NCBI GenBank assembly: GCA_030950485.1
Contig: JAUZRK010000010.1
Span: forward strand, 2,043-66,042
Source of the DNA: Candidatus Dojkabacteria bacterium
GTDB taxonomy: Bacteria > Patescibacteriota > Dojkabacteria > J137
DNA length: 64,000 nucleotides
Direction of reading: 5' to 3'
The position numbers and the translations under genes are program-made. This document shows positions 30,369-40,058 of this stretch, piece after piece. The notes under the pieces were generated by a model that searched no databases, was not told where the DNA came from, and saw nothing but the letters and a program-made list of their open reading frames with translations. Every line of letters begins with the position of its first letter. Within the stretch, counting starts at the first letter, position 1.

Positions 30369-31763
30369 ATGATCAGATTCTATAACTCTCTTGGAAGAGA
30401 AGTACAGGACTTTAAAGAAATAAATGATGGGAAAGTTGGAATCTATACTTGTGGACCTACTGTTTATAGCTACGTTACTATTGGGAATTGGAGAACTTAT
30501 ACTTTAAGTGACTTCTTGGTTAGGACACTCGAATTTTTAGGCTATGAGGTTAAACATGTTATGAATATAACAGATGTTGGACATCTAACAGGAGATAATG
30601 AAGGAGATTCAAGTACGGGTGAAGATAGAATGGAAAAGGCAGAAAGAAAAGAAGGAAAGACTGCATGGGAAATTGCAAAATTTTACGCTGAAGATTTTAT
30701 AAATGGAATGAAGCAAATGAATTTTAATTTACCGGATGTTTTACCAAGAGCGACTGAGCATATTGAAGAACAGATTGAACAAGTACAAGAAATAATAGAT
30801 AAAGGTTTTACCTATGAAACTAGCGATGGAATATATTTTGATACTAAAAAGTTTGAAGATGCTGGTCATAAGTATGGTGAGCTATCGAATCTAGATAAGA
30901 TTAGGGAAGGAGCGCGTGTTGCAATAAACCCCGAGAAAAAGAATCCAAGAGATTTTGCTCTATGGAAATTCTCTCCAAAAGATAAAAAAAGACATATGGA
31001 ATGGGATAGCCCATGGGGAATTGGTTTCCCTGGATGGCATATTGAATGTTCTGCTATGAGTATGAAATATCTTGGAGAGCAATTTGATATTCATGTTGGA
31101 GGAGAGGACCTTATGTCTACTCATCACCCATGTGAGATTGCACAGGCCGAAGCTGCTAAGGATGTAAAATTTGTTAATTACTGGATCCATGGAGCTTTTT
31201 TACAAGTTGATGGAGGTAGAATGGGGAAAAGTTTGGGTAATGCATATTCTTTACATGATATTGAAGAACAAGGTTTTAGCCCAATGCATTTAAGATATTT
31301 TTATATGAGTGGACACTATAAAAAGAAGTTGAATTTTACCTGGGAAGCGCTTGAAAGTTCTAGATCAGCTTATGAAAAGCTAATCAAGATTTTAAGTGGT
31401 CTTAAAAGTGATGATAATATTGAACAAAATGAATTGAAAGAAAATAGCTTTTATAAACAATTTGCTGAGGCAATAAGTAGTGATATTAATATACCAAGGG
31501 CATTAGCTACTATTTGGGAAGTACTAAAATCAGATTTGAAAGATGAATTAAAGCTAGCTTTAATTCTGAAATTTGATGAGGTATTGGGATTAGAACTAAG
31601 AAAAGAAATGAATCGTGAAGATGATTTAGAGATGTCAGATGAAGTAGTGAATCTTATAGCAGAAAGAAAAAAAGCACGTGATGAAAAGAACTGGGAATTA
31701 GCTGATTCAATTAGAGATAAATTAAGAGATGAGTTTGGGGTAACAGATTTACAAGGTAAGTAA
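30369..31763 (+). CDS. cysS: Cysteine--tRNA ligase
   Basis: YTCGPTVY, NITDV, DFALWK, WDSPWG.G.PGWHIECSAM, MGKSLGN. Confidence 0.97.
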   Translation: MIRFYNSLGREVQDFKEINDGKVGIYTCGPTVYSYVTIGNWRTYTLSDFLVRTLEFLGYEVKHVMNITDVGHLTGDNEGDSSTGEDRMEKAERKEGKTAWEIAKFYAEDFINGMKQMNFNLPDVLPRATEHIEEQIEQVQEIIDKGFTYETSDGIYFDTKKFEDAGHKYGELSNLDKIREGARVAINPEKKNPRDFALWKFSPKDKKRHMEWDSPWGIGFPGWHIECSAMSMKYLGEQFDIHVGGEDLMSTHHPCEIAQAEAAKDVKFVNYWIHGAFLQVDGGRMGKSLGNAYSLHDIEEQGFSPMHLRYFYMSGHYKKKLNFTWEALESSRSAYEKLIKILSGLKSDDNIEQNELKENSFYKQFAEAISSDINIPRALATIWEVLKSDLKDELKLALILKFDEVLGLELRKEMNREDDLEMSDEVVNLIAERKKARDEKNWELADSIRDKLRDEFGVTDLQGK

Positions 31764-31778
31764 AATAGCAATAGAGAA

Positions 31779-31820
31779 GCAGTAGTAATACGATTGTTAA
31801 AACAATTGTATTACTATGCA
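31779..31820 (+). terminator. Hairpin after cysS
   Basis: GTAGTAATAC.ATTGTT / AACAATTGTATTACTA inverted repeat. Confidence 0.55.
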
Positions 31821-31851
31821 ATATTAAAACTAATTTTGTAAAGTATCACAC

Positions 31852-32448
31852 ATGAGAGAAATTGAAGTTTTATCATCTATTGAAGAAAGTAAGTTTAAAA
31901 GTTTGATTGAAAGTTTTAAAACTAAATACGAATATAAATTTCAAAAGCGTTTGGGATTCATTTTAGCCAGTTATCAAAAATCTAACCCTATTGATACTCG
32001 AATTAAAATCACAAATTGGAAGATTCATGTTGTACAAAAAGTAGGTGAAGTAACTTCGAAATATAGAAACTCGGAAGAAATGAATTTAGATGTAAATTTA
32101 TCTCCGGAAAAATTATTGGATTTATACAAGATATTGAAGAATCTAGGGAAAAGTGTCGTCGGGTTTACCACTCCTATACAGCAATACGAAAACCATTTGT
32201 TTGAAACTGAATATGCAGAAGTGAAGTTCTATAAACAATTTAACAGTATTAATTCTTTTTATGGTTTTGAAGTTGAACTTAAAGATCATTCTATGAATCT
32301 AAATCATGTTGTCATGAATCTTGGTTTAGTTATTGATAACGTAGAAAGAACTCCAGAGTATTGGTACGACTATGATAAGAAATATAATATTGATAGTGAG
32401 TCAATTAGTTATGAAGAAATACTGAATTTAATTAGAAAATATCTTTAA
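31852..32448 (+). CDS. CYTH-like (triphosphate tunnel metalloenzyme) protein
   Basis: N-terminal REIEV (ExExK-like), D.RIK, FEVEL. Confidence 0.5.
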   Translation: MREIEVLSSIEESKFKSLIESFKTKYEYKFQKRLGFILASYQKSNPIDTRIKITNWKIHVVQKVGEVTSKYRNSEEMNLDVNLSPEKLLDLYKILKNLGKSVVGFTTPIQQYENHLFETEYAEVKFYKQFNSINSFYGFEVELKDHSMNLNHVVMNLGLVIDNVERTPEYWYDYDKKYNIDSESISYEEILNLIRKYL

Positions 32449-32450
32449 GA

Positions 32451-33188
32451 CTATTCTTCAGTTTTCTTTTCTGTAGATCTTAGTACACTAGATATAAATT
32501 TATTATCTTTATAGAATATAGCCCAATTAAGAACATAAGTTGGTTTAACTGCAATAGTTAAAGCTGCTAATACAAAAGCTGACATTCCTAATAGCATTAG
32601 TATTGATATTTGACTTATATTTACGCTAGTTTGAGGCAGATTAGATCCTCCACTACCACCAGTTGCCGTTGTTGTTCCACCACCTCCTGAGGCAGCAGTT
32701 CCTACTGTTACAGTACCGACATTTCCAGTTATATCAGAACCATTTAAGTACATAGTCCCAGCTCCAAATGTTACAGCTGCAGATCCATCTGATAAGCCAG
32801 TTATAGTAATAGTTCCTAATGGTTCTCCATCAGAAAAGTTTATTCCATCAAGTTTTGAATAATCAAAACATAAAGTAGATCCTGTAAACATACTGTCGCA
32901 ACCCTGGCCCTTTAGAGCTAATGCTCCTGCTGCTTGAGTGAAACCAGTTACTTGTATATTGCTTGGAAAGGTAATTCTAACTGCTGCAGTTTTTTCAGCG
33001 GGTGGATTAGAAGCAACTAAATCGAAAGATACGCTTCCTCCGCTTGTAACAACAGGGCTAGCGGGATCAAATTTAAAAGATTGTGCATTAACTTTGTTAA
33101 CTAAGAATAAAAGAAAAGTTAACAATATGAATGTTCCAACTATAGAGCCTAACTTTAAGAATGTTCGATTACTATTTAAATGAGTCAC
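32451..33188 (-). CDS. Cohesin-like domain protein with a G/T linker, LPQTS motif and C-terminal TM
   Basis: Signal peptide; F.P.S......G....F.L.....RITFP..I.V...LGTIT; LPQT followed by a hydrophobic segment. Confidence 0.65.
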   Translation of the reverse strand: MTHLNSNRTFLKLGSIVGTFILLTFLLFLVNKVNAQSFKFDPASPVVTSGGSVSFDLVASNPPAEKTAAVRITFPSNIQVTGFTQAAGALALKGQGCDSMFTGSTLCFDYSKLDGINFSDGEPLGTITITGLSDGSAAVTFGAGTMYLNGSDITGNVGTVTVGTAASGGGGTTTATGGSGGSNLPQTSVNISQISILMLLGMSAFVLAALTIAVKPTYVLNWAIFYKDNKFISSVLRSTEKKTEE

Positions 33189-33246
33189 CGTATTTATTAA
33201 TTCCTATAAATAGGATATTTAAATTAAGAGGACTTTGCAAGTAATA

Positions 33247-33513
33247 TTAGAATTTTATTTTTTCTTTTCTAAATATTTCTAATAGTTTTTGAATGAATTT
33301 AGGATCTGTAATTTTCTGTAGCCGTAGATTTATTTTTTCTTCAAGATTTGTAAATTCTTCGAACTCTTTTTTGCTTAACTCTTCTTTTAAGATAGTTAGG
33401 TTGTTTTTTATTTGAAGAATTATATCTAATCTATTAATTAAAGATAGCTCACTATTCATTATAGTGTTTAATAATCGTGTATTACTTTTTATTTCAGTTA
33501 TTGGTTTATTCAT
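33247..33513 (-). CDS. Small hypothetical protein
   Basis: 88-aa ORF 2 nt downstream of the neighbouring gene. Confidence 0.55.
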   Translation of the reverse strand: MNKPITEIKSNTRLLNTIMNSELSLINRLDIILQIKNNLTILKEELSKKEFEEFTNLEEKINLRLQKITDPKFIQKLLEIFRKEKIKF

Positions 33514-33515
33514 AG

Positions 33516-33869
33516 TTATCCTTCAAGCATTCCTTGGAATTGTTCGTATAATTCACCTAGTTGACCTTCATAGAATTCTTCCTCTCTTCCAAGTTCAGAA
33601 TAAAGTTCAAGCATAGCTTCTAAAATTGAGACAATTTCTCTAAGAAGCTCTAAATATTTTTTTTGTAGAGATTCTAATTCTGCGGCTGCAGATTCATCTC
33701 CATTCTGTGCAGCTTCTTGTAAGGACTGCATCTTCTCTTGAAGCGGCCCCATTTCGCCTAATGAATCATTAAGCTGTTCTCCGTACTTTCCAAGTTCTTC
33801 TTGTATTTGTTCCGCTCTTGCTTGCTCCTCTGGTGAGGGACCTTGTTCTTGCGGTGCTTGCTCTGCCAT
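33516..33869 (-). CDS. Acidic coiled-coil hypothetical protein
   Basis: 117 aa, E/Q-rich, helical. Confidence 0.65.
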   Translation of the reverse strand: MAEQAPQEQGPSPEEQARAEQIQEELGKYGEQLNDSLGEMGPLQEKMQSLQEAAQNGDESAAAELESLQKKYLELLREIVSILEAMLELYSELGREEEFYEGQLGELYEQFQGMLEG

Positions 33870-34000
33870 TAATATTTAATAGTTCATATTAATAATAGCA
33901 AAATATAGAGATTAATAAAATCTAAATTCAAAGGCTTCTAATAATATCTAGTTTCATGTATTCTATAAAAGTATAAGTTTAATATTTAAACATACAATCT

Positions 34001-35716
34001 ATGGGACTATTTGATTTTGTAAAAAAAACAAAGAATGATAACCAAGGAGGGAATCAGAACTCACAGCAGCAAAATTTCTCCGGAAACAATGGGCAGCAAA
34101 TTCAGCAAGGAATGAACCCTCAATCAAGTCAGCTTTCTGCTCCGGTATTACCACCACAAACTCCAGTTAATCAACAAGCTGGAAATAATACTACTCAACC
34201 TATGAACAATGGTGTAGTAGATGATGCAACTAATATACCTAGTCCATTTAACTCTGGGGCACAACAAATACAAGATTATTCAACGCAGGTGACAAATGAA
34301 CCAGTTTATAACGCTGGTACAAACTTATTTGGCGATGATAATACTGCTAGTGATTCAAATATGAATCAGGGAATACCTGATCAAACTCAGATTTCTCAGC
34401 AAGCTGCAACAAAAAACAATGATTTAATGCAGTCTTACCAAATGCCAGGTGATTTAAATTCAGGAGTAGATGCAGATAATATTCAAGAAAGTGATCACCC
34501 AGTATTTAACGAGGAATTACCAACTGAAAATGGAAATAATATAGTTAATACTGATTCATTAGATTTAAATGCTAATAGTACAGAACCTGCACAAGAGGAT
34601 TCTATGCAGCCAGTACAAGAGAATAATGAAACAGAAAACAATATGCAAGTTTCTCAACCAGCTACACAAGCTATGCCAGATTTTAATAATAACGAGACTC
34701 AAACTACAGAATCGTTAGATACTTCTGATATGCCAGCGCCTGTTGCAAATAACAATCAATCAATGAATAAGCCATTAATCGATCCAAATTTTTTCAAAAG
34801 CCTTCCTAAAATTGATCCGATTACTTTTGAAAAACAATCTCCGATTGAAAAAAATAATGAGGAAATGAATGATTTGAATTCAAATAGTGGAATGGTACAA
34901 GATGAAATTCCTCAAGCTAAAGAAATTCAAACAGAAGATACTAATATACAAGATGATTCTACGAGTGTTATAGAGCCAGTTACTGAGGAATCATCAGTAA
35001 TGAGCGAATCGGTTACACCTATAACTCCAGTTGCAGAAATAGCACCAGTAGTTAATTCATCAAAGAAAAAAGACCCTTTTAGAAAAATTGCATTGGTCGG
35101 ACTAAATGGCCCAAAAGCAAATGTTAATATGGAAAATGAGTTGAAGAAATTTGTTAAAGAAATATATGCTAATAAAATGGAAATAGTATATGACTCTAAA
35201 GATGGATTAGGACAGTTCGTAACAAGTTCACTTGCTGAAATAGGTAAAAATGCTACAGGAGTATTTCTAAAACCATATATGTCAGATGAATTTACGAATC
35301 CTTCATCAAATATGACGAATATTAATAGTGCATCAGTTGTTTACTCTAATTATTTAGAAAGAATTAAGCATATTATTAAAGAGGGACGATTATTTGTAGC
35401 TTTTAATAGTGGTGGAATTTACAATGAATCATTAATAAGTTCAATTCTAGCTACATCAAAAATGTATATCGGGCAAAATAAGCCAGTAATTTTAGTAGGT
35501 GATGAATGGAATACTACAGTTAACTTCTACAGAGATAGCCTAGGATTTACTGATAGTGGAGATCAAATATTCTCAGTAGTAAGTAATCTAAATCAAGCTC
35601 TTGAAAAAATTAAAGAAATCAAAACTAATTATGTTTATACAAAGGATTTACAAATTGAAAAAGTAGTTGATAGAAGAATTGAAGGAGATGAAAGAGATTT
35701 TATAGTAGATGCTTAA
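34001..35716 (+). CDS. Long disordered N/Q/P-rich N-terminus fused to a LOG/SLOG-like Rossmannoid domain
   Basis: C-terminal IALVG...ATGV...YLERI...FVAF..GG......KPVILVG..W resembles the LOG family with a degenerate PGGxGT. Confidence 0.6.
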   Translation: MGLFDFVKKTKNDNQGGNQNSQQQNFSGNNGQQIQQGMNPQSSQLSAPVLPPQTPVNQQAGNNTTQPMNNGVVDDATNIPSPFNSGAQQIQDYSTQVTNEPVYNAGTNLFGDDNTASDSNMNQGIPDQTQISQQAATKNNDLMQSYQMPGDLNSGVDADNIQESDHPVFNEELPTENGNNIVNTDSLDLNANSTEPAQEDSMQPVQENNETENNMQVSQPATQAMPDFNNNETQTTESLDTSDMPAPVANNNQSMNKPLIDPNFFKSLPKIDPITFEKQSPIEKNNEEMNDLNSNSGMVQDEIPQAKEIQTEDTNIQDDSTSVIEPVTEESSVMSESVTPITPVAEIAPVVNSSKKKDPFRKIALVGLNGPKANVNMENELKKFVKEIYANKMEIVYDSKDGLGQFVTSSLAEIGKNATGVFLKPYMSDEFTNPSSNMTNINSASVVYSNYLERIKHIIKEGRLFVAFNSGGIYNESLISSILATSKMYIGQNKPVILVGDEWNTTVNFYRDSLGFTDSGDQIFSVVSNLNQALEKIKEIKTNYVYTKDLQIEKVVDRRIEGDERDFIVDA

Positions 35717-35746
35717 AATCAAGCATTAATTCAGATAAAGAAAATT

Positions 35747-35778
35747 AAAAAGAAGACAATGAAAATTGTCTTCTTTTT
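35747..35778. terminator. Bidirectional terminator
   Basis: AAAAAGAAGACAAT...ATTGTCTTCTTTTT between convergent genes. Confidence 0.75.
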
Positions 35779-35800
35779 ATTCTAATAACTTTATCTATAA

Positions 35801-36313
35801 TTAATCAATTCTTGTATAGGTAGTAGGTAGATTTGATACTCCAATAATAGAGAAGAAATTTAAATCACTAATTATATCTTCTTTACCTACATTACTTTCA
35901 TAAGCAGCTCGTGTCGCATCTATCATTACTATTGTTGGTGTAATTTTTACATTAAGCTTTTCTGCCAACTCTCTGTTTGCATCAATATCTATTTCAAAAA
36001 ATTGAATGTTTTGGTAGTTGATAGCCTGTTCTTTAAGTATATTTGTTAAGTGTAGACAAGGACCACACCATGTTGAAGTAAATAGAACTACACTCTTTTC
36101 ATAGCTAGAGTGAAAACTATTTACGTTAACAATACCCATTTCTTCAGCTTTATCTACTTTAGTATAGTTGTTAATTTCAATATTCTCGTATTTATCTTTA
36201 TCGACTATTTCAATGTCAATATGATTTTTAAGAGGTATATATACTCCTATTAATATAACAGCTAAAATTATAAGTTTAGTAATGAACTTAGCTCTTCTTG
36301 TTTTTTTATCCAT
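35801..36313 (-). CDS. Membrane-anchored thioredoxin
   Basis: WCGPC, cis-Pro TPT, N-terminal TM. Confidence 0.88.
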   Translation of the reverse strand: MDKKTRRAKFITKLIILAVILIGVYIPLKNHIDIEIVDKDKYENIEINNYTKVDKAEEMGIVNVNSFHSSYEKSVVLFTSTWCGPCLHLTNILKEQAINYQNIQFFEIDIDANRELAEKLNVKITPTIVMIDATRAAYESNVGKEDIISDLNFFSIIGVSNLPTTYTRID

Positions 36314-36324
36314 AATTTTTTAAT

Positions 36325-37056
36325 TTACGCACTATTTATAATATCTTTTATCTTTTCAGGCAAGTTATTTATTTCTTTTCTGAATTTTCTCTTCATTGTA
36401 TCAAATAAAAAGCTAGCTGGTATAAATTGGTTCTTTGATTTTAATTTTTCAATATGAAAATTTTTCCCATTTTCCCAAAAGTCTTTCTCAAATTGCTTTA
36501 AATCTACAGCGGAATCTATATTTAGAACATTTAGAACTAACTTTAATTCTTCACTAATACTAAGAGTCGAATTATCTAAAACAAGGTCGTATAATTTCTC
36601 TAAATCTTCAATACTAAAGAAATCTACACCGTAAAGTTTAAAATAATCTTTTTGGAGTTCTTTTTCTCTTTTTTCTAAAACATCTATGTCTTCAGGTCTA
36701 TTATCAGTTATAAATCTTTTCTTTCTAACTTCACTAGAAGAGTGTAGAAAGATAGAAAATATGTTGTCAATTTTTTTAGAACTAAAACTGATTAGATCAG
36801 TATCAATAATTATATTATCTAGTTCTCCAGTTTTTATAAAATCAGTCATGAATGAATTATATATTGGGACAAAGTGTTTTTGGAGTATATGATCCCCCAT
36901 AACCATTGTGTTGCCTGTATCTCCTAGAACTAAATTTCGTATTATATATCTACACATTTCAGAACCTTGAACAACCTTGTAATCTAATAAATATGCTAAA
37001 AGAATTACTAGTGTTGAGCCTCCAGATCCTGGCCAAGCTGATGTGATAATTTTCAT
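36325..37056 (-). CDS. cmk: Cytidylate kinase-like P-loop kinase (archaeal/CPR type)
   Basis: ITSAWPGSGGST P-loop, IFL.SS.EVR..R, RE......F.LYG, YDLVLD. Confidence 0.65.
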   Translation of the reverse strand: MKIITSAWPGSGGSTLVILLAYLLDYKVVQGSEMCRYIIRNLVLGDTGNTMVMGDHILQKHFVPIYNSFMTDFIKTGELDNIIIDTDLISFSSKKIDNIFSIFLHSSSEVRKKRFITDNRPEDIDVLEKREKELQKDYFKLYGVDFFSIEDLEKLYDLVLDNSTLSISEELKLVLNVLNIDSAVDLKQFEKDFWENGKNFHIEKLKSKNQFIPASFLFDTMKRKFRKEINNLPEKIKDIINSA

Positions 37057-37295
37057 AAACGTGCTTAAAGTTAAACAATTATAAGAGTTAATCTAGTAAA
37101 ATGATAGTGGTACAAGGAGGTATAGGGTGAATATTCTAGCTAGCTAGAAATTGTAAATAAAGTATTACCAATGAAATTATTACTAATTATTATTTGGAAT
37201 AATTTGATGTATAATCTTTATTAGTATTGTAGATAAATGAAATTAGTAGATAATTTAATAAATATATTACTCAGTAGAAGGCTTAATTACTAAAA

Positions 37296-38210
37296 ATGAA
37301 AATAACAATAGAAGAAAGAGAAGATGTTGGAACTAGAATAGATCTATTCTTAATGACAAGGTTAAAAGATATATCTAGAAAAAATTTGAAATACCTTGTA
37401 ATGGGTGGATTTATTAAAGTTAATGATGAGGTTGTTAGACCAAATTATAAAGCGAAGTTTAATGATGTAATTGAATATAGTGAAGATGAGGTAAGTAAAG
37501 CACTTGGAAAAGCAAAGCCTACAACAATGAAACCTAGGAAAATGAATTTAGATATTATTTATGAGGATGAGAATACTCTGATTTTAAATAAACCTTCTGG
37601 TATTAATGTCCATTCAGTAAAAAGAAATGAGAATAATGCTTTGTTAAACGGGGTATTAGATTATTTAAAAGATACGAACTCAAGAGCAAGACTAGTACAT
37701 AGGCTAGATAGAGATACTTCAGGAGTTCTTTTAGTATCTAAATCTTATGAAGCTCATAATTTTTACTCACTTCAGTTTGAACGAAGAACTACTAGAAAAA
37801 GGTATGTTGCTGTAGTTGAAGGTAATCCTTTTGAAAAAGATGAATATTTAAATAATGAAGTGATTAGGTTAAGCACTTATATGTCAAAATCAAATAATCC
37901 AGGAGATAAGAGGTATGTAAATACTAAAAGTAAAAGAGGAAAAGCGGCAATTACTGAGGTTAGATTTAGAGACACTTTTGAATTTGGAAGAATAAAGTGT
38001 TCTGTGCTGAATCTTGAGCCTAAAACCGGTAGGACGCATCAATTGAGAGTCCATTTATCTTCAATCGGTAATCCTATTCTAGGAGATGAGTTATATGGCG
38101 GAAGACACTATAGAAGACTTATGCTTCATGCTTACTCACTTAAATTTATTTTATATGGAAGTGATGACGTAATAGAAGCTATTGCTGATATACCTAAAGA
38201 CTTTAGTTAG
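37296..38210 (+). CDS. RluA/RluD family 23S rRNA pseudouridine synthase
   Basis: S4 domain, NKPSG..VH, VHRLDRDTSG, TGRTHQLRVH, PILGD.LYG. Confidence 0.93.
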   Translation: MKITIEEREDVGTRIDLFLMTRLKDISRKNLKYLVMGGFIKVNDEVVRPNYKAKFNDVIEYSEDEVSKALGKAKPTTMKPRKMNLDIIYEDENTLILNKPSGINVHSVKRNENNALLNGVLDYLKDTNSRARLVHRLDRDTSGVLLVSKSYEAHNFYSLQFERRTTRKRYVAVVEGNPFEKDEYLNNEVIRLSTYMSKSNNPGDKRYVNTKSKRGKAAITEVRFRDTFEFGRIKCSVLNLEPKTGRTHQLRVHLSSIGNPILGDELYGGRHYRRLMLHAYSLKFILYGSDDVIEAIADIPKDFS

Positions 38211-38991
38211 CAATATCTTTAACTTTACCGTTTTCTAGTTCTAATAGCCTATCAGCTTTTATAAATTCAAATACTTTCTCATAATGAGTAATGATTAAGA
38301 GAGTAGTATTAGGATTAGCTATTTTATATTTTCGAATACCTCCAAATACGTCTTTAATAGAGTGTTTATCTAAACCTGAATCTATTTCATCAAGCATAAT
38401 TAACTTTGGATCTAGCATTAACATCTGAAGAATCTCTGTTTTCTTTTTTTCTCCTCCTGAAAAACCTTCATTCAGGTTTCTTTTTAGAAGTTCTTTTGGA
38501 TAATTAATTAAATCAATCTTTTCATTTAAGAGTTGTTTGAATTTGAATACTGGAAGTTGTTTGTCTTTTGGGAGTCTATTATTATAAATTAGTCTTAGAT
38601 AACTCATTAAAGACACTCCAGGAATCTCTAAAGGATACTGGTTTGCTAAATAAATACCTAAAAGAGATTTCTGATTAGCTTCTAATTTATTAATATCAAA
38701 ATCTTTTACTCTATATGAATTATCATCTTTAATTATAGACTCAGGTATTTCTCCTTCAAATGCTTTCTGTATAACAAATTCTGAATATTCTTCATCTATA
38801 ATTTCAACTCTACCTTCTATTATTTCATAGTCAGGTTTTCCCATTATTCCATTAACAAGACTACTTTTACCTGATCCATTTTTTCCTGTTAAGACTACAA
38901 TCTCTCCTTTATTAATTTCAAGTGAGAAATCATTAAGTATAATCTTATCTTCTTCTGTGAGTTTTAATTTAATGTTTTTAATATTGATCAT
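38203..38991 (-). CDS. sufC: Fe-S cluster assembly ATPase SufC
   Basis: GKNGSGKS, QYPLEIPGV, R.LNEGFSGGEKKK.EILQ, LDEIDSGLD, IITHY. Confidence 0.9.
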   Translation of the reverse strand: MINIKNIKLKLTEEDKIILNDFSLEINKGEIVVLTGKNGSGKSSLVNGIMGKPDYEIIEGRVEIIDEEYSEFVIQKAFEGEIPESIIKDDNSYRVKDFDINKLEANQKSLLGIYLANQYPLEIPGVSLMSYLRLIYNNRLPKDKQLPVFKFKQLLNEKIDLINYPKELLKRNLNEGFSGGEKKKTEILQMLMLDPKLIMLDEIDSGLDKHSIKDVFGGIRKYKIANPNTTLLIITHYEKVFEFIKADRLLELENGKVKDIAN

Positions 38992-39087
38992 TCGGATGTT
39001 GTTTTATTTACAGAAATATTTTATCACAAAACCTAGGGTTCTATTCTTGTCTCTTGATACGATCATTTGAAAGACGCACAATATCTC

Positions 39088-39950
39088 GGAGCAGTGTGCA
39101 ACCCTGCACCGGGCGTGAGAATGTGATGTGAAGAGGGGCAAATGTATTAAATTACAAACAAAGTGGAGTGTAGCGTGTTCTACGAAGTGGAGCAAAGTAG
39201 AAAGTATCGAGACATGAAACGAGCAGAGAACATTGGCCGCCTCTCGATACAATTTACTCCCTATCGGTCACAAATCACTCGAGACTGCACTAAGGTATTG
39301 CCCATTATCTTGAATCTTTTATACTATTTTCTTTCTAACTTCAACATGATCCATAGAGACATCTATAGATCTAGTTAGCATAAATACTACTATTTCAGCA
39401 GCTTCATTAACATCCATCATCCAAGGTTCATTTAATGAATCAAAACCAGCTGTTTTGAAAATCTCAGTATTCATCCCTCCAGGATAAAAACCCATTACTT
39501 TTATAGCTTTATCTTCAAACTCCTTTTTTAATGAATCAGTAAATCCTCTTACTGCATATTTTGTTGCTGTATAAACTCCCCAATCGCCGCTTGGTTCAAT
39601 TCCTGCTATTGAAGATACATTTAGTATTTGTCCGTATTTATTTGCCATCATTCTATCGATTACTTCCCTAGTCATAACAATTTACTCCCTTCGCTCGTAA
39701 ATCACTCGAGACTGCACTGAGTTTGTAAAATTACAGCATAGTGGTCGTCAGATATGCGACCACGGGTGTTGAAGCGTGCAGGAGGCTTTGTATAATAATC
39801 TGCGGAAATCAGTTAAATCAGTTAGATCAGTGTTCTATATACATTTCTGTATTTAGCTTTACTCCGGTGTTAACTCTGAATTACGCTCCGCTATTCAGAG
39901 ATGCATTACTTATGTGAGGTGTGATAATCTCTCGATACTATTTTAATAAT
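39088..39950. repeat. Cluster of mixed short palindromic repeats (R4 39088-39110; R1 39170-39213, 39241-39290, 39677-39717, ~39929; R2 39741-39780; R3 39796-39838; hairpin 39873-39900)
   Basis: Direct matches to copies at 17749, 25576, 27121 and 44929. Confidence 0.8.
39319..39675 (-). pseudogene. C-terminal half of an SDR family oxidoreductase
   Basis: GQILNVSS, YTATK (YxxxK), PGGMNT present; NAD-binding TGxxxGxG N-terminus absent and replaced by an R1 repeat. Confidence 0.8.
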
Positions 39951-40058
39951 TCATTCATTTTTACATAAAATCTTGCAATAGTGTGAAAAAAAATATAATC
40001 TTTATACAGGTATATTTAATATCTATTATATTTTTAGCTAATTTAATTAAATTTTAAT

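Noticed and set aside
30465-31240. CysS motif variants TIGN and RMGKS as a sign of inactivation
   Set aside because: The zinc ligands (CGPT, HIEC, HH..E) and the full length are intact, so this is likely tolerated variation
39004-39378. ORFs 39004-39252 and 39163-39378 as genes
   Set aside because: They are translations of palindromic repeats with no protein motifs
39000-39950. CRISPR array
   Set aside because: The repeats belong to different families, with irregular spacing and mixed orientation; no cas genes
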